This document shows positions 10,069-18,938 of a stretch of DNA of 64,000 nucleotides, piece by piece. The DNA lies in contig JACRAL010000004.1 in the NCBI GenBank assembly GCA_016213435.1, forward strand, positions 1,286-65,285, written 5' to 3'. The stretch's first letter is position 1. Each line of letters begins with the position of its first letter. The notes under the pieces were generated by a model. It ran no database searches. It saw nothing but the letters and a program-made list of their open reading frames with translations, and was not told where the DNA came from. A program made the position numbers and the translations under genes. Origin of the DNA: Bacteroidota bacterium (GTDB lineage: Bacteria > Bacteroidota > Bacteroidia > Palsa-948).

Positions 10069-10683
10069 ATGAAAAAACTATATCAATTATTTTCTTTTTT
10101 TTTTATTGTTTCCGTTTATTACAGTTGTAAAAGTAATTGTGGTTTTGTACGTACTCCTGATGAATATAATAAAAAACGTAGTGAATGGTTAAGATGTATT
10201 GATACATTATATGGACATACTAAAAACACAGAAGTATATAGGGCAGTAAAGACTCAAGTGACAGATTCTTTAAATAAATGGATTTTATTAGGACTTCCCT
10301 ATACACAAGGATTTAAAAACAATCTGTACTATATTGACGAAATCATTTTTTTCAATAAAAAGATGAATCAGTGTATAGTAATGACAGTTATTTTGCCAAG
10401 CAATAAATCAACTAATATAATTTGTCCATTAATAGGAGGAGAAAAAATAGGAAAAAATTGGCATTTCTATCTTGCAGGAGAACCTATCCTCTCATGTTTA
10501 AAAAACGATACAATGAATAATGTTAGTAATGAAGAAATTATTAAGTATACAAGAAACTGTTTAATAGATTTATATCTGAAACCTTGTTGTTGTGAACCTA
10601 ATCAAAAAGAGTTTGATGAATTTATTATTTATGATGGAGTAAGGGAAAGACATAAGTTGTTTTTGCATAATAAAAGTTGGTAA
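10069..10683 (+). CDS. Hypothetical AT-rich lipoprotein-like protein
   Basis: 204-aa ORF with a signal peptide ending YYSC. Cys-rich; no family recognised. Confidence 0.6.
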   Translation: MKKLYQLFSFFFIVSVYYSCKSNCGFVRTPDEYNKKRSEWLRCIDTLYGHTKNTEVYRAVKTQVTDSLNKWILLGLPYTQGFKNNLYYIDEIIFFNKKMNQCIVMTVILPSNKSTNIICPLIGGEKIGKNWHFYLAGEPILSCLKNDTMNNVSNEEIIKYTRNCLIDLYLKPCCCEPNQKEFDEFIIYDGVRERHKLFLHNKSW

Positions 10684-10750
10684 TCATCTATTCTCTTTAC
10701 CCGCGCAGTTGCACTACGTTGACAAGTGAAATATTTTCACTAGCTAAATT

Positions 10751-11971
10751 TCACTTCCCCAGCTTCCCCGCAATAAATCCCGTAGTCCAAGCCGCCTGGA
10801 AATTAAATCCTCCGGTTACTGCATCTATATCCAGCACTTCACCGGCAAAATAAATTCCGGGGCATACTTTGCTTTCCATGGTTTCAAAAGAAACTTCATC
10901 TAAGGAAACTCCACCGCAGGTAACAAACTCTTCCTTGAAAGTTGTTTTTCCTTCGGCTTTGTAAGAATCATTCACCAGCGTATTCAATAATTTGTTCAGG
11001 CTTTTTTTCTTCAACTGGTTCCAGGTGGTTTCAGCGTCAATTCCATTTTTTTCAAGAAAGTAGAGCCATAAGCGGTTCGTAAGCTGGAATGGATTTTTGT
11101 TTCCGACCTGCCGCTTGCCGATAATTTTCAATTCTGTATCCAGCCAATCGCGAACCTGTTGTTCGTTTTTATCTCCCAGCCAGTTGATCCCCACTTCAAA
11201 TTTGTAATTCATCGCGTTCAATTTCCGCGCTCCCCAGGATGAAAGTTTTAACACTGCCGGACCGCTCATTCCCCAATGCGTGATGAGCAATGCGCCTTCA
11301 CTTGAAAGTTTTGTTCCTTTTATTTTTATCGAAACCGGATTTGCCACAACGCCCATCAATTTTCTTATCGGTTCGCCCGACATATTGAATGTGAATAGCG
11401 ATGGAACAGGAGAAACAATGGTATGCCCAAGCTGCTTTAGCCAGTTGAACCCTTCCATTTTCTGACTGCCTCCTGATGCGATGATTATTTCATCGGCAAT
11501 AATTTCTTTTCCGTCAGCAGTAGAGACGCAATATTTTGCGTCTCCGTTTTTCATTTTTGAAATGCTGGAAATTGATACTCCTTTTTGAATTACAACTCCA
11601 AGTTTATCCGCTTCTTTCATTAGGCAATCAATAATGGTTTGAGAATTATCCGAAACAGGGAACATGCGGTTGTCTGCTTCGGATTTTAATTTCACGCCTC
11701 GGCTTTCAAACCACTCAACCGTATCCTTTGTATTGAACTGGAAGAATGCTTTTTTTAATTGCTTGCCGCCACGAGGATAAAATTTTGCAAGCTGCGTATT
11801 TTCAAAACAGGCATGAGTTACGTTGCATCTGCCTCCTCCAGACACTTTTACTTTCGCAAGAAGTTTGTCGGATCTTTCAAGAATGGTTACAGAATATTCC
11901 GGATGATACTGTTTGCAGGACAAGGCGGAAAAAAATCCTGCCGCGCCTCCTCCGATCACAATGACGTTCAT
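10751..11971 (-). CDS. HI0933/BaiN-family NAD(P)/FAD-dependent oxidoreductase
   Basis: IGGGAAG, KVKVSGGGRCNVT, THWGMSGP, VTCGGV and GEVLD..TGGFNFQAA motifs. Confidence 0.93.
   Translation of the reverse strand: MNVIVIGGGAAGFFSALSCKQYHPEYSVTILERSDKLLAKVKVSGGGRCNVTHACFENTQLAKFYPRGGKQLKKAFFQFNTKDTVEWFESRGVKLKSEADNRMFPVSDNSQTIIDCLMKEADKLGVVIQKGVSISSISKMKNGDAKYCVSTADGKEIIADEIIIASGGSQKMEGFNWLKQLGHTIVSPVPSLFTFNMSGEPIRKLMGVVANPVSIKIKGTKLSSEGALLITHWGMSGPAVLKLSSWGARKLNAMNYKFEVGINWLGDKNEQQVRDWLDTELKIIGKRQVGNKNPFQLTNRLWLYFLEKNGIDAETTWNQLKKKSLNKLLNTLVNDSYKAEGKTTFKEEFVTCGGVSLDEVSFETMESKVCPGIYFAGEVLDIDAVTGGFNFQAAWTTGFIAGKLGK
11520..11546 (+). repeat. GTAG-type REP, in frame in the HI0933 gene
   Basis: GTAGAGACGCAATATTTTGCGTCTCCG: a GTAG start plus GAGACGCAA/TTGCGTCTC arms. 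Read on the minus strand as GDAKYCVST. Confidence 0.8.
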
Positions 11972-11979
11972 GTTTGTTT

Positions 11980-14019
11980 CTAAAATAATCCCTCAAGCAA
12001 AGATTCATCCACCAAATTCGGCAAAGTTACTTTCAGATTTTTGCTTCGCTTCATTTCGCGTTCAATGGCGAAAATTGCTTCTTTGTTTCGCGCCCAGCTT
12101 CTGCGTGCGATGCCGTTATTCACATCCCAGAAAAGCATGGACTTTAATCTTCTATCACAATCTTTTGAACCGTCCAGCACCATTCCGAATCCTCCGTTGA
12201 TCACTTCGCCCCAGCCGACACCTCCACCGTTGTGAAGCGAGATCCAGGTTGCTCCGCGAAATCCATCACCGACAAAATTCTGCACTGCCATGTCAGCCGT
12301 GAATTGTGAGCCGTCATAAATATTCGAGGTTTCTCGGAAAGGAGAATCTGTTCCTGAAACATCGTGATGATCTCTTCCTAATACAACAGGAGCAGAAATT
12401 TTTTTCTCCTTGATGGCTTTGTTGAACGCTTCTGCAATTTTTGTTCTTCCTTCCGCATCAGCATATAAAATCCTCGCCTGGGAACCAACCACCAATTTAT
12501 TTTTCTGCGCTTCTTTTATCCAGTGAATATTATCGGCAAGCTGTTGTTTTATTTCTTTCGGAGCTTTTTTGTAAATCTTCTCTAAAACTTTTGCAGCAAT
12601 TTTATCTGTGGTTTCCAAGTCTTTGGGATTTGCAGAAGCGCATACCCATCGGAACGGACCGAAACCAAAATCAAAACACATGGGTCCCATGATGTCCTGG
12701 ACATAGCTCGGATAGCGAAACTGTGTTAGTCGGGATTTAAAATCCCGACCAGCGAAAATATCAGCCCCAGCTCTCCCAGCCTCAAGAAGAAAAGCATTTC
12801 CATAATCGAAGAAATACATTCCTCTTTCAGTAAGTTTATTGATCGCATTTACCTGACGCACTAAACTTTTCTGTACTTCGATTTTAAATTGAACGGGATC
12901 TTCCGTCATCATCTTTTTCGCACTCTCAAAAGAAATTCCTGCGGGATAATATCCTCCGGAATAAGGATTATGAAGTGAAGTTTGGTCGGAACCTAATTCC
13001 ACTTTTATATTTTTCTCCGCAAATTTTTCCCAGAGATCAACAATATTTCCCTGGTAGGCAATTGATACTGCTTCTTTTTTATTTCGTGCAATCTCAATTC
13101 TCTCTATGAGTTTATCAAGATCAGAAAAAACTTCATCTACCCATCCCTGCGAGTGGCGTGTGTGAGTTGCTTTTGGATTTACTTCGGCAATAACAGCAAT
13201 TGCTCCTGCTATAACAGCAGCTTTTGGCTGCGCTCCACTCATTCCGCCAAGACCGGAGGAAATAAAAACCTCACCCCCGACCCCTCTCCCCAAGGAGAGG
13301 GGAGATTTTTTTCTGTGCATTCGGAGTGCATTCAATACTGTGATGGTTGTACCATGCACAATTCCCTGCGGACCGATGTACATGAAAGAACCGGCAGTCA
13401 TTTGTCCATATTGAGTAACTCCCAGTGCGTTAAATTTTTCCCAGTCATCCGGCTTTGAATAATTCGGAATCATCATTCCGTTGGTAACAACAACGCGAGG
13501 CGCATCTTTGTGCGATGGAAACAATCCCATCGGATGGCCGGAATACATAGCGAGCGTTTGCTCATCGCTCATCGTGGCAAGGTATTTCATCGTGAGCAGA
13601 TACTGCGCCCAGTTCTGAAATACTGCACCATTTCCTCCATACGTAATGAGTTCATGTGGATGCTGCGCCACTGCATAATCCAGGTTATTGGACAGCATGT
13701 GCATGATGGCTCCCGCTTGTTTTGATCTGAACGGATACTCGTTGATCGGACGTGCATAAATTTTATAATCCGGACGAAAACGGTACATGTAAATTCTTCC
13801 GTACGTTTTTAATTCATCAGCAAATTCCTTTGCGAGAATCGAATGGAATTTTTTCGGAAAATATCTGAGCGCATTTTTTATCGCTAGTTTTTTTTCTTCG
13901 GCAGATAAAATATCCTTTCGCTTTGGCGCATGATTCAGCGAAGCGTCAAATGGCTTTGGTGCCGGAAGTTTATCCGGGATTCCCTGCAGGATCAGTTTTT
14001 GAAATTCTTTAGTGGTCAT
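11980..14019 (-). CDS. hutU: Urocanate hydratase (long, eukaryote-like form found in Bacteroidota)
   Basis: YGQMTAGS..YIGPQGIVHGT, GLGGMSGAQ, SDQTSLHNP, GRDHHDVSGTDSP and HNGGGVGWG motifs. Confidence 0.97.
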   Translation of the reverse strand: MTTKEFQKLILQGIPDKLPAPKPFDASLNHAPKRKDILSAEEKKLAIKNALRYFPKKFHSILAKEFADELKTYGRIYMYRFRPDYKIYARPINEYPFRSKQAGAIMHMLSNNLDYAVAQHPHELITYGGNGAVFQNWAQYLLTMKYLATMSDEQTLAMYSGHPMGLFPSHKDAPRVVVTNGMMIPNYSKPDDWEKFNALGVTQYGQMTAGSFMYIGPQGIVHGTTITVLNALRMHRKKSPLSLGRGVGGEVFISSGLGGMSGAQPKAAVIAGAIAVIAEVNPKATHTRHSQGWVDEVFSDLDKLIERIEIARNKKEAVSIAYQGNIVDLWEKFAEKNIKVELGSDQTSLHNPYSGGYYPAGISFESAKKMMTEDPVQFKIEVQKSLVRQVNAINKLTERGMYFFDYGNAFLLEAGRAGADIFAGRDFKSRLTQFRYPSYVQDIMGPMCFDFGFGPFRWVCASANPKDLETTDKIAAKVLEKIYKKAPKEIKQQLADNIHWIKEAQKNKLVVGSQARILYADAEGRTKIAEAFNKAIKEKKISAPVVLGRDHHDVSGTDSPFRETSNIYDGSQFTADMAVQNFVGDGFRGATWISLHNGGGVGWGEVINGGFGMVLDGSKDCDRRLKSMLFWDVNNGIARRSWARNKEAIFAIEREMKRSKNLKVTLPNLVDESLLEGLF
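12729..12749. repeat. Palindrome with perfect 10-bp arms, in frame in hutU
   Basis: GTCGGGATTT-A-AAATCCCGAC, translated as GRDFKSRL. Confidence 0.75.
13269..13304 (-). repeat. Family-A repeat, in frame in hutU
   Basis: CCTCACCCCCGACCCCTCTCCCCAAGGAGAGGGGAG, translated as SPLSLGRGVGGEV. Confidence 0.9.
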
Positions 14020-14036
14020 CGTTTGAAATAGATTTT

Positions 14037-14044
14037 CAAAGTTA
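14037..14044 (-). promoter_or_regulatory. -7 box upstream of hutU
   Basis: TAACTTTG on the minus strand, ~17 nt before the ATG. Confidence 0.55.
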
Positions 14045-14050
14045 ATAGGA

Positions 14051-15499
14051 TTATTTCTTTTTAAGAGTATAAATTTTCACGGTGCCTTTTTGTATTATCA
14101 AACTATCCAGAAAAGATTTTATTTCTTTTTTCTCATCCACTTCTCTTGAATCGCAGTATAGATATTCAGCTCCTTTATCAATCATCGTTTTTATTTTTAT
14201 GGAATCAAGGTCGTTATTTTCAAACGCCCATCCCCTTTTATTGACGTAGTAAAGAAAGATATTTTTTGATTCATCATTTCCTACAATGCATAAGGCCGTA
14301 TCAGGAACAGCATTTCGCAGTTCATTTTTATAAACAAGCAAATCTGAATTAAAACCCGGATCCTGAATATCCCATCTGGTATCTGCGCGTACATAGGCAG
14401 TCACAGGTAAAATGAGCAAAAGGAAAAAACCAAAACGAACCAGCAATTTTTTTTGACTGTTCAGCAAATGAAAACATCCATAAGAAACAGTTATAAAGAT
14501 CAGAGGAAGAAAAGGAAATAAATAATAATCGTGGATCTTGGCGATGATGTGCATTTCATATAGAAAATACAGAAGCAGGACGACAGCAAATGCTAAAAAT
14601 ATTTTGAACCGGATATTTTTATAAACTTCTTTTTTATAGATGTAGTAAAATCCGTATAAAAAGAAAAATACCGAACCATAGTTAATCAGCAACTCGGGCA
14701 GAGTTGAAATTAAATTAAATTGAAGTATATCTAAAATTCTTATCATGGATAAATTATGCTCATCAAATATTCCGTACACTACCGGACTCCAGTGAGGAGC
14801 GATGGCTTTCGCATACCAAATAAAGGGAGGAATCAGCAGTAAGAATAGGAACAGAAAGCGTAAATAATATTTGCGATTGCTTTTTGTTTCAAGGAAAAAA
14901 TATATAACAGGGACAGAGAGGAATAAAATGAACGGCAATTTTGCTAAAATACCCAACGACAACAAACAGCCCGAAATAAATAATTGTAAAAATATTTTTT
15001 GTGAGATCCATTGAAAGAAAAATGCCAATCCCCAGATGGAACAACATAGCGCAAAGTTATCCGGCAAGGGATTCATCGTGTAATAATAAAAAACGGGAGA
15101 AAAAGTAAATGTCCATGCGCCAATAAGTCCAATAACACTGTTGTGAAAAATATTTTTTAGAAGAAAATATATCCCAATCATGGAAAAAATTCCAATGATG
15201 AAAGAAAGGATACGGCTGATGATCAAATGATCGCCAAATAATTTGTAGAAACAGGCAAACAACCATTGCATGACCGGAAATTCTAATCGTTGAATCCCAC
15301 TCCCATTGCCTCTGTCATTCGTTTTTGGATGAAGAATATTGAAATCTTCTTTGTAAAAACTTTCAATGTTATTCTGTGTTTGAGTTTGCCTCCATACATG
15401 ATAGCCAACCAGATCAACCGTAAAGACATGAAAGTGCATTAAAAAACTTAGCAGGATTGTTCCTGTCAAGATAAAAAATTGCGCTCTTTTATTTATCAC
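14051..15499 (-). CDS. GT-C fold (ArnT/PMT-like) membrane glycosyltransferase
   Basis: Multi-TM protein with H.WRQ, LEFP..QW, R..S, PD..AL, L.KLP and HDYY motifs. Paralogue of 25671-27260. Confidence 0.78.
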   Translation of the reverse strand: MINKRAQFFILTGTILLSFLMHFHVFTVDLVGYHVWRQTQTQNNIESFYKEDFNILHPKTNDRGNGSGIQRLEFPVMQWLFACFYKLFGDHLIISRILSFIIGIFSMIGIYFLLKNIFHNSVIGLIGAWTFTFSPVFYYYTMNPLPDNFALCCSIWGLAFFFQWISQKIFLQLFISGCLLSLGILAKLPFILFLSVPVIYFFLETKSNRKYYLRFLFLFLLLIPPFIWYAKAIAPHWSPVVYGIFDEHNLSMIRILDILQFNLISTLPELLINYGSVFFFLYGFYYIYKKEVYKNIRFKIFLAFAVVLLLYFLYEMHIIAKIHDYYLFPFLPLIFITVSYGCFHLLNSQKKLLVRFGFFLLLILPVTAYVRADTRWDIQDPGFNSDLLVYKNELRNAVPDTALCIVGNDESKNIFLYYVNKRGWAFENNDLDSIKIKTMIDKGAEYLYCDSREVDEKKEIKSFLDSLIIQKGTVKIYTLKKK

Positions 15500-15505
15500 A
15501 AAAAT

Positions 15506-15709
<204 letters not shown>

Positions 15710-15721
15710 CTAATTTTAAGA

Positions 15722-16789
15722 ATGAAAATTCCGCTACAGAAAATTTCAGATCCTGCAATTTCATCCTCAGGAGTAAATTTATTTGTTCTCAGATTGGATT
15801 TGACTCACCCACACATCAGCGGAAATAAATGGTACAAACTGAAATATAATCTTGAAGAAATAAAAAAGCAAAAGATAAAAACCGTTCTCACGTTTGGCGG
15901 TGCCTATTCCAATCACATTGCAGCAACGGCTGCGGCAGGAAAAAAATTCAAGTTTAAAACGATAGGAATAATTAGAGGGAATGAGTTAACCTCAGCACTG
16001 ATCCCTCTCCGACCTCGCCCCCAGCCCCTCTCCCAAAGGAGAGGGGAGAAACAGCCGGTAAACCACACTTTGCAATTTGCAAAAGAATGCGGAATGAAAT
16101 TGCATTTTGTTTCGCGTGCAGAATACAGAAAGAAACATACTCCTGAATTCCTCAGCACATTAACTCAGCAGTTTGGCAAAGTCTTTATTATTCCCGAAGG
16201 CGGCTCGAACGAGTTTGGCGTGAAAGGATGCACAGAAATTGTGAATGAAATAAATTCAAGCCCCTCTCTTATCTCCCCAAAGGGGAGAAGATTGAGCATG
16301 CAACCTGAGCTGCGCTCGCAACCTTCGGCTGTCCTTCGGGAAGGAAGGGATGGGCTCCCCTTTGATTTTATCTGCAGTGCCTGCGGAACCGGTGCAACGC
16401 TTGCAGGAATCATTCTTTCGCTCAAAAAAAATCAGCAGGCAATCGGATTTTCGGTTCTTCATGCTTCAGGTTATATAGAATCAGAGGTGAAGAAGTGGCT
16501 TGCTCGCTTTAAGAGTAATTCGTTTTCAAACTTTCACATTAATGAAGATTATGATTTCGGAAAATATGCAAAGCATACGCCTGAACTTTTAGAATTTATA
16601 AATTGTTTTGAAAAGCAAAACAACATTCCACTCGATCAGGTTTACACAGGCAAAATGATGTTCGGAATTTATGATCTCATAAAGAAAAATTATTTCCCAA
16701 AGGGAAGCACCGTCATAGCGGTTCATACTGGCGGTTTGCAAGGGAAACTAAACCCCTCTCCGGCTCTCCCATCCAGGGAGAGAGATTAA
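15722..16789 (+). CDS. ACC deaminase/D-cysteine desulfhydrase family PLP enzyme
   Basis: SGNKWYKLKYN, TFGGAYSNH, IPEGG, CGTGATLAG, LDQVYTGK and HTGGLQG motifs. Carries three in-frame repeat insertions. Confidence 0.92.
   Translation: MKIPLQKISDPAISSSGVNLFVLRLDLTHPHISGNKWYKLKYNLEEIKKQKIKTVLTFGGAYSNHIAATAAAGKKFKFKTIGIIRGNELTSALIPLRPRPQPLSQRRGEKQPVNHTLQFAKECGMKLHFVSRAEYRKKHTPEFLSTLTQQFGKVFIIPEGGSNEFGVKGCTEIVNEINSSPSLISPKGRRLSMQPELRSQPSAVLREGRDGLPFDFICSACGTGATLAGIILSLKKNQQAIGFSVLHASGYIESEVKKWLARFKSNSFSNFHINEDYDFGKYAKHTPELLEFINCFEKQNNIPLDQVYTGKMMFGIYDLIKKNYFPKGSTVIAVHTGGLQGKLNPSPALPSRERD
15989..16048 (-). repeat. Family-A repeat (partial plus full copy), in frame
   Basis: ACCTCAGCACTGATCCCTCTCC then G-ACCTCGCCCCCAGCCCCTCTCCCAAAGGAGAGGGGAG, translated as TSALIPLRPRPQPLSQRRGE. 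Confidence 0.85.
16258..16356. repeat. Family-A-related inverted doublet with a nested element, in frame
   Basis: AAGCCCCTCTCTTATCTCCCCAAAGGGGAGA...CCTTCGGGAAGGAAGGGATGGGCT, translated as SPSLISPKGRR..VLREGRDG. Confidence 0.8.
16752..16784 (-). repeat. Family-A-related repeat forming the protein C-terminus
   Basis: ACCCCTCTCCGGCTCTCCCATCCAGGGAGAGAG, translated as NPSPALPSRERD*. Confidence 0.75.
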
Positions 16790-16873
16790 CAGCCTCTTGT
16801 TTATAATGAAATTTTTCTTTGTTGTTTTTCTTCCCTGCTTAGAGTTATTTTTATACTTCGGAAATATTTTCAA

Positions 16874-17806
16874 ATGAAGAAATCATTTTTTCTCCCTTAT
16901 GCCTTTTACCTTATGCCTTATGCCTTGTTGTCTCAGCCTTCCGAATACAAAATGACCCGCCAGGAATATGTAGAAAAGTACAAGGACATCGCCATCAAAG
17001 AAATGCTGGAGAACGGAATTCCGGCCAGCATCACGCTCGCACAGGGATTGCTTGAATCCGATAACGGCAACAGCGGACTTGCCATGTATGCCAACAATCA
17101 TTTCGGAATAAAATGTCACGAAGACTGGAAAGGCGAAACCTACATTCAGGACGATGATAAAAGAGACGAGTGTTTCCGGAAATACAGAGCCGCAGAAGAA
17201 TCTTTTGACGACCATTCCAATTTTCTGAAATCAAAAGGGCGTTATGCTTTTTTATTTGAACTCCGGAAAACCGATTACAAAGGATGGGCGGAAGGATTGC
17301 AGGAAGCCGGATATGCAACGAACCGTAGCTATTCGGAACGGCTTATTAAATTAATTGATGACAACAAACTGTACCAGTACGACCGCATGCAGGTGATGGC
17401 AGTAGACAAACACGAAACAAAAAAATCAGCACCGCAGATCATTAAGCCAACGCTTTTAACTTATGCCGCGAAAAAAATATTTCTGAATAATGAAATTAAA
17501 TATATGGTGGTGCAGGATGGAGATACCTATTATAAAATTGCCCAGCAGCTCGACATGCGCCTGTGGCAGTTGCACAATTACAACGAAACCGGAAGGCAAA
17601 CCTGCCTGCAGGTGGGTGATATTGTTTATCTGCAACCCAAGCGCAGGCATTCGCAGAAAGAAGAATTTCACACCGTGCGTTGGGGCGAGACCATGTATTA
17701 CATCTCGCAGTTATACGGAATTAAAATGCGCCACCTCTACAGACTGAACCACATGGCAGACGGACAAGAGCCGAATGCAGGACAGAAGATTGTGTTGAGG
17801 AAGTAA
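16874..17806 (+). CDS. GH73 glucosaminidase-domain peptidoglycan hydrolase with two LysM domains
   Basis: IPASITLAQGLLES, NNHFGIKC, GYAT and two LysM-like repeats (VQDGDT.YKIA, VRWGET.YYIS). Confidence 0.92.
   Translation: MKKSFFLPYAFYLMPYALLSQPSEYKMTRQEYVEKYKDIAIKEMLENGIPASITLAQGLLESDNGNSGLAMYANNHFGIKCHEDWKGETYIQDDDKRDECFRKYRAAEESFDDHSNFLKSKGRYAFLFELRKTDYKGWAEGLQEAGYATNRSYSERLIKLIDDNKLYQYDRMQVMAVDKHETKKSAPQIIKPTLLTYAAKKIFLNNEIKYMVVQDGDTYYKIAQQLDMRLWQLHNYNETGRQTCLQVGDIVYLQPKRRHSQKEEFHTVRWGETMYYISQLYGIKMRHLYRLNHMADGQEPNAGQKIVLRK
16895..16929 (+). repeat. Heptamer tandem array (CCTTATG-like, five units) in the signal peptide
   Basis: CCTTATG CCTTTTA CCTTATG CCTTATG CCTTGTT. Confidence 0.8.
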
Positions 17807-17823
17807 AAAAAATCCTAACGCCA

Positions 17824-18303
17824 CTATTTTTTCAGAAATACCAATTGTCCCAAATGATTGGATAAATGACTTGTGCGGCTTAGTATTGTATTCAGTTTAT
17901 TCCGGTGCGGTTCTTTTGCAAAATCTTCGGCAGAAACCGAAGTGTGTTTTTGAAACCATGCATCCGATTGCATCTTGCTGAAATGATCCGCCAAGGTTGA
18001 ATTTATGTTTTTCCAAAACTGCCTCAACTCTTTTACCGATGGCATTGCTGCTTTGGCATTATCCGGATTTTTTAGAAAAGGTTCATTTAGCTGAGGATAT
18101 AACTGTTCGCCTAAGCCAAGCAATGGCAACATACGGTCGTGAACGGCTACGAGATGCCCTACTAAATAAATTCCCCTGTTCCTGCCGGGAGCCACTTCAG
18201 TCATTAATTGTTCATCGCTGAGTTTCTCTAAAAGATCATCTCCATTTTTTATTTGTGAATTCCAGGCGTCCAGCGCCATCTTTACCATTATCTGATTTGT
18301 CAT
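17824..18303 (-). CDS. DinB-family protein
   Basis: YLVGHL..H and RTSHLSNHLGQL His motifs of the DinB/YfiT fold. Confidence 0.8.
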   Translation of the reverse strand: MTNQIMVKMALDAWNSQIKNGDDLLEKLSDEQLMTEVAPGRNRGIYLVGHLVAVHDRMLPLLGLGEQLYPQLNEPFLKNPDNAKAAMPSVKELRQFWKNINSTLADHFSKMQSDAWFQKHTSVSAEDFAKEPHRNKLNTILSRTSHLSNHLGQLVFLKK

Positions 18304-18392
18304 TTGGGGGTTTGTTTAGAAGTTAAAATATTTTTTACGAAGCTACTAAATTCAAGAACTCTTTTAGTTTTGATTGTGTTGAAGAATTAAAA

Positions 18393-18533
18393 TTCCCCTT
18401 TTGAAGGGGGACGTACACGAAGTGGCGGGGGGATGTTTTTGGGCGTACTCTTCACTTCGTTTCGGTCGGGCTGTTACGGGGTACGCTTCGCTCCCGTGCT
18501 GCGCACCAAGCCCTTCACATCCCTCACGCAAAT
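18393..18533. repeat. GC-rich structured intergenic element (REP-like hairpin plus a multi-stem unit)
   Basis: TTCCCCTTTTGAAGGGGG..GGCGGGGGGATGTT followed by GGGCGT..GGTCGGGCTGTTACGGGGTACGCTTCGCTCCCGTG..CCCTCACGCA, in an AT-rich context. Confidence 0.65.
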
Positions 18534-18567
18534 ACAAATTCGCACCTGCTGGGTTGTTAATAGCATT

Positions 18568-18849
18568 TTACAACAAGTAGTCATTTTGCATTTTGTCGTC
18601 TATTTTTTGTTTTCTATTATATACTTTTAAGAATGCCATAACCGTTACAAAGGGTATTAACCAAATCATTTTACATCCGAATCTGTCTGCAACCATAGAG
18701 AATGTTCCACAGTCCCAAGCGGCAAATATAATTGTAACTAAGAATAAAATAGTAATAAGTTTTATCTGTCCTTTAAATCTGTTTTTGAAAAAAATCATCA
18801 TCAATGAAAGCAAACTCAAAACGATTACGACAGAGAAAATGGGATTCAA
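18568..18849 (-). pseudogene. Probable C-terminal fragment of a polytopic membrane protein
   Basis: 93 aa with two to three TM helices and a CGTFS..ADRFGCKMIWLIP motif resembling the end of long GT-C-like proteins. No N-terminal part is present. Confidence 0.45.
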
Positions 18850-18938
18850 AATGCCTTATTGATTTAATGCGTAAAACCTGACGGGCTCCTCATCCTATCG
18901 GATAGATTTTCTACCTTTATCACTTCTTTATTAAAACC

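Noticed and set aside
17601-17616. CCTGCCTGCAGGTGGG resembling a mini-palindrome
   Set aside because: It falls at the normal L.xG position of a LysM repeat, with no apparent extra length.
18433-18630. 65-aa ORF
   Set aside because: It is a translation of the structured repeat element, with no protein features.
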